Shown in pieces: positions 8,058-8,389 of a DNA stretch of 8,389 nt (its first letter is position 1; every line of letters begins with the position of its first letter). The stretch is taken from NCBI RefSeq assembly GCF_006345805.1, contig NW_021828445.1:1-8389 (forward strand). Reading direction: 5' to 3'. The notes beneath the pieces were generated by a model, which was not told where the DNA came from, did no database searches, and was given only the letters and a program-made list of their open reading frames with translations. This stretch comes from Octopus sinensis (taxonomy: Eukaryota). Both the position numbers and the translations under genes were made by a program.

Positions 8058-8389
8058 GCTCTCTGGAATGGGGGGGGGGTGCTGCACACTCAGATATCCA
8101 AGACCGTAACCAGAAAAAGGTCAACTGATTGATTGACGCTCAAGACACGTTTTAGCCTCTGGCCCATTGCCATTGCTAATTCCTACCTCTACCAATTTCC
8201 ACCCCTATATAATAACCCCTCGAAGTTGGTTAGGCTCATGTCCTCTCTACTCATCTCACGCCATCTTATCATCTTTGTGTCCAGCCCCTCCGGCGCCCAA
8301 CTCTAGTAATTATACTCAGTCCTTGCTTTGCAAAATGTCTGCCCGCAGGACTGGATGACCTTTCAACTTGGTAGTTGACTACGTTATAC

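Noticed and set aside
8068-8389. Pyrimidine-rich segment with CCTATATAA, possibly an LTR or promoter
   Set aside because: No second copy, primer-binding site or terminal motif in the window; a TATA-like hexamer alone is insufficient.

Overview
AT-rich, microsatellite-dense eukaryotic DNA. It is probably an octopus (coleoid cephalopod) genome, inferred from SINE families I recall as abundant in Octopus and not from a database search. The window appears to be almost entirely intronic. The only well-supported host coding sequence is one 170-bp internal exon (6852-7021, + strand) encoding TM1-TM2 of a LIV-1 subfamily SLC39A/ZIP metal transporter, with canonical splice signals. The rest is decayed or non-autonomous mobile DNA and simple repeats: a Penelope-like RT remnant, three different tRNA-derived SINEs, an L1/Tx1 RT fragment fused to the 3' end of an R4/Dong-like element, and a 141-bp mariner-type MITE. 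Most long ORFs in the supplied track are microsatellite artefacts. The most unusual structures are a near-perfect 309-bp palindrome (153-bp arms, 3-nt loop) and the chimeric Tx1/R4 junction. I did not find convincing evidence for a new multi-gene system.
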